Part shown: positions 34,976-37,615 of the stretch, in pieces | Position numbering within the stretch: the stretch's first letter is position 1 | Layout: every line of letters starts with the position of its first letter | Source: Wenzhouxiangella sp. | Lineage (GTDB): Bacteria; Pseudomonadota; Gammaproteobacteria; Xanthomonadales; Wenzhouxiangellaceae | Assembly (NCBI GenBank): GCA_041685745.1 | Contig: JAWLFD010000001.1 | Span: forward strand, 1-37,615 | DNA: 37,615 bases | Direction: 5' to 3' | Made by a program: the position numbers and the translations under genes | Notes under the pieces: model-generated | Database searches by the model: none | Seen by the model: the letters and a program-made list of their open reading frames with translations, nothing else | Told to the model about the DNA's origin: nothing

Positions 34976-36808
34976 TCACGGCTCACGAGCGATCACGTGC
35001 AGTCGATCGACCGCCGGGTCGTCGATCACCTGCTCTGCTCCGTCCGGCCAGGTCACGACCAGACGGTCCGCGCGATCGCGCGTGCCCAGGCCGAACGTCA
35101 CCGGCAGCTCCACCTGCGAAAGATAGCTGCGACCGGGCATGACCCTGCGTGTCTGGACCAGGTCGTCGGCCTCCAGGCGAATCCGGGCACCGATGGCATC
35201 GGTATTCGGCGGTTGCCCTTCCAGACGCACGCGCAGCCAGTGATGCCCGGCACGGGTGTCGTTGCGCAACAGCAGCGGCGGGCCTGCGATCTGGGTCACG
35301 ATCACGTCCAGTCGGCCGTTGCCGTTAATGTCGGCGTAGGCCGCACCGCGCCCGACCATCGGTCGGGCAAGGTCGCCGATTCGGTCACGATCCAGCGGCT
35401 GCAGGGTCCGCGGACAGACGGCACCGCAGTTCCAGAACAGCTGGCCCGACTGTCGGTACCGCTGGCTGGACTGGACCCGGTTGATGTCGTTTTCGACGTG
35501 GCCGTTGGCCTGCAGGTAATCGAGCCGGCCGTCGAGATCGTAGTCGAAGAAGAACACGCCGAAAGTCAGCGCCAGTCGGGTGGCGGCACCGATACCGGCG
35601 CCGATGGACTGATCGGCAAACCCGCCCAGCCCGGCCTGGCCGACGTAGAACGAACTCATCTCGTTGGCGAAATTGCCGATGGCAATGGCCAGATTGCCGT
35701 CGCTGTCGAACCGGACCGCGTCGATACCCATCGCGCCGGTGGCCAGACCGTTGCGATCGAAGCCCAGGCCGAGCTCGCTGGCCTGCTCGACGAACAGACC
35801 CTCGCCCTGGTTGACGAAGGCAAAATTGCGCACCGTGTCGTTGGCCACCACCAGGTCCAGCCGGCCATCGTCGTTCAGATCGACCGGAACAACCGCCAGC
35901 GCCTTGCCTTCGGGTTCGCCGGTGGCGGGGTGATCGACGTGAATCCCGGCCTCGGCGCTGACGTCGCGGAAGCTGGCGTCGCCGTTGTTGAAGTACAGGT
36001 AGGACTGGACCCCCTGGAAATTGGTCGGCGGCCCGTAGGCCCGGCCGATGCCGGTCAGGCGATAGTCCACCTCGATGTCGATCTCGCGCGACCACTCGAC
36101 GTAGTTGGCGACGAACAGATCCAGGTCGCCGTCGCCATCGGCGTCGAAAAACGCCGCGCTGGTGCTCCAGCGGTCGGCCTCGCCGGCCAGGCCCGCGCGC
36201 TCGGTGGCCTCTTCGAAACGCCCGCCGCGGTTGACGAAAAACCGGTTCGGACCGACCGCGGTGACGAACAGGTCCGGGTAGCCGTTGCCGGTGACGTCGG
36301 CCACCGCCAGGCCCATCCCGTAGAAGGAATGCCCGGCCAGGCCGGCGGCTTCGGTGACCTCCCGAAAGCGGCCCTGACCGTCATTGGCGTAAAGGCGCAG
36401 AGTGGGCGACGCGGGCTCGGCCTCCGGACCGAAGGGCCAGGCGCCGGAGTCGACGAACAGAAGATCCTGGTGGCCGTCCTGGTTGTAGTCCAAAAACGCC
36501 ACGCCACCGCCCATGGTCTCCGGCAAAAGGCGCTCGCCGAAGGCACCGTTGGCGTGCACGAAATCGATACCCGCCGCCTCGGTGATGTCGACAAACTGCC
36601 CGCGCGGTGGCTCGGGGACTTCGGGCCGCGCCATCAGGCTGGCAAGATCCACCTGCGCCTGCTCGATCGGCGGCGGTGGGGCCGGCTGCAAAAGATGCCG
36701 GACCAGCAGCGCCCCGGTCACGAGCACGGCAAGCCCGGCCAGCACCCACAGCGAGCGCCTGAAAGCGCGGGTGATGCGATCGGCGCCGGTAAGCGAGGCT
36801 TTCGTCAT
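34976..36808 (-). CDS. CRTAC1-family protein (FG-GAP/VCBS propeller plus ASPIC/UnbV domain), probable membrane-anchored copy
   Basis: N-terminal TM followed by Pro-rich linker; DYNQDGHQD, DADGDGDLD, DLNDDGRLD, DYDLDGRLD loops; GRSYLSQ...FGLG...TWPDG; ATGA overlap with the upstream gene. Confidence 0.88.
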   Translation of the reverse strand: MTKASLTGADRITRAFRRSLWVLAGLAVLVTGALLVRHLLQPAPPPPIEQAQVDLASLMARPEVPEPPRGQFVDITEAAGIDFVHANGAFGERLLPETMGGGVAFLDYNQDGHQDLLFVDSGAWPFGPEAEPASPTLRLYANDGQGRFREVTEAAGLAGHSFYGMGLAVADVTGNGYPDLFVTAVGPNRFFVNRGGRFEEATERAGLAGEADRWSTSAAFFDADGDGDLDLFVANYVEWSREIDIEVDYRLTGIGRAYGPPTNFQGVQSYLYFNNGDASFRDVSAEAGIHVDHPATGEPEGKALAVVPVDLNDDGRLDLVVANDTVRNFAFVNQGEGLFVEQASELGLGFDRNGLATGAMGIDAVRFDSDGNLAIAIGNFANEMSSFYVGQAGLGGFADQSIGAGIGAATRLALTFGVFFFDYDLDGRLDYLQANGHVENDINRVQSSQRYRQSGQLFWNCGAVCPRTLQPLDRDRIGDLARPMVGRGAAYADINGNGRLDVIVTQIAGPPLLLRNDTRAGHHWLRVRLEGQPPNTDAIGARIRLEADDLVQTRRVMPGRSYLSQVELPVTFGLGTRDRADRLVVTWPDGAEQVIDDPAVDRLHVIAREP

Positions 36809-37615
36809 CGGCTGACCAACTCGTGGTCGGCGGCCCGATACGGGCGCGAGGCGACATAGTCCAGGCTGCCGGGTCGCTGCAGATCGTAGATCACGACCGG
36901 GTCGGCGGCATGATCGGCGGCCGGGTGGGCGCGCCGCGCCGCGGCCACGGCCCGATCGCGCGCGTTGTCGTCGACGCGATAGCGCTCGTGCAGGGCCGCA
37001 TGGCGGACAGCATTTGCCTCCTCGCCCAGCCGGCGATACAGCTGGGCCAGGTTGTAGTGGGCGGTGGCGTTTTCGGGATCCTGGAGCAGCGCGGCTTGGA
37101 ACCAGCGCCGCGCTTCGGCCAGGGCCTGGACATCATCACCGGCCGACTCGAACCAGGCCAGCCCCAGCTGGTTGAGCAGCCGATAGTCACGCGCAAACTC
37201 GAAACCGCGCCGCCGGGCCTCGGGAAAGGCCGTGTTGGCCAGCGCCTGGTAGGCCCGGATCGCGCCCTCGTAGCGGCCTTCCTGGAACAGCAGCTGACCG
37301 CTGAACCAGGCCAGCGACCAGGGCGGCGACGGCTGCTCGTGGCCGGCCGCGCGCTCCAGCGCGGCGGCGGCTTCGGCCAGGCGGCCTTCGGCCAGGTAGA
37401 CGCGGGCCAGGTTCAGCGCGCCGTCGGCGACGCCGAGCGCCTCGACCCGGGCAAAAATCTCTTCGGCCTGGCGCAACTGGCGATTCTGGGGCTTGCGCAG
37501 GGCGCCGATGCCGTAGTCGTTCCAGCGCTCCCAGGCCGGCACCGCCGGCGCTTCGACCCGGCGCGGACGGGCCGTATGACCGACCGGAAACACCACCCGA
37601 TCCTCGGCCATGCGC
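36805..37615 (-). CDS. C-terminal TPR portion of a larger protein; 5' end lies outside the window
   Basis: Frame open to the window edge; TPR motifs (LNLARVY..EGRL.EA, AHYNLAQLY..LG); stop coupled to the CRTAC1 start. Confidence 0.8.
   Translation of the reverse strand, partial: RMAEDRVVFPVGHTARPRRVEAPAVPAWERWNDYGIGALRKPQNRQLRQAEEIFARVEALGVADGALNLARVYLAEGRLAEAAAALERAAGHEQPSPPWSLAWFSGQLLFQEGRYEGAIRAYQALANTAFPEARRRGFEFARDYRLLNQLGLAWFESAGDDVQALAEARRWFQAALLQDPENATAHYNLAQLYRRLGEEANAVRHAALHERYRVDDNARDRAVAAARRAHPAADHAADPVVIYDLQRPGSLDYVASRPYRAADHELVSR

Noticed and set aside
36740-36808. RR in the CRTAC1 N-terminus (AFRRSLW) as a Tat signal
   Set aside because: Poor match to S/T-R-R-x-F-L-K and no clear cleavage site; more likely positive-inside residues before a TM anchor
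19466-36859. Other long antisense ORFs (19466-21367, 21567-23162, 26193-28046, 32627-34813, 34931-36859)
   Set aside because: Each mirrors a well-supported minus-strand gene; composition is typical of reverse-frame translation

Overview
High-GC gammaproteobacterial chromosomal window with about 26 tightly packed CDSs. Acidic exported proteins and gene content suggest a halophilic/marine Wenzhouxiangella-like organism; this is inference only. I found no rRNA, tRNA, CRISPR, IS or phage features. From left to right: (1) the tail of the cbb3-oxidase maturation cluster (ccoI partial, ccoS, DsbD_2/TauE-like), a secreted S9 peptidase, hemN under a perfect FNR box, fnr, a secreted M14 peptidase and a YbhB/YbcL protein. 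(2) glnA with a sigma54 promoter and variant NtrC enhancer boxes, then a DUF4124 protein and ntrBC. (3) Sua5-type tsaC and dtd, then two tandem lipid A acyltransferases. (4) A six-gene minus-strand envelope operon: Pla-1/VolA-like lipoprotein lipase, DUF1302 outer-membrane barrel, a lipid-anchored DUF1329 carried on a ~170-residue Ala/Glu/Arg helical stalk, a second soluble DUF1329, a YCF48-like beta-propeller and an MMPL/RND transporter. (5) A divergent NRAMP-like permease. (6) The distal part of an uncharacterised cluster of TPR proteins and two CRTAC1/ASPIC-UnbV FG-GAP propellers. The best candidate for an undescribed system is (4), a putative lipid hydrolysis and trans-envelope uptake machine with a possibly periplasm-spanning tethered carrier; (6) is second. 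All family calls come from motif recognition, not database searches.
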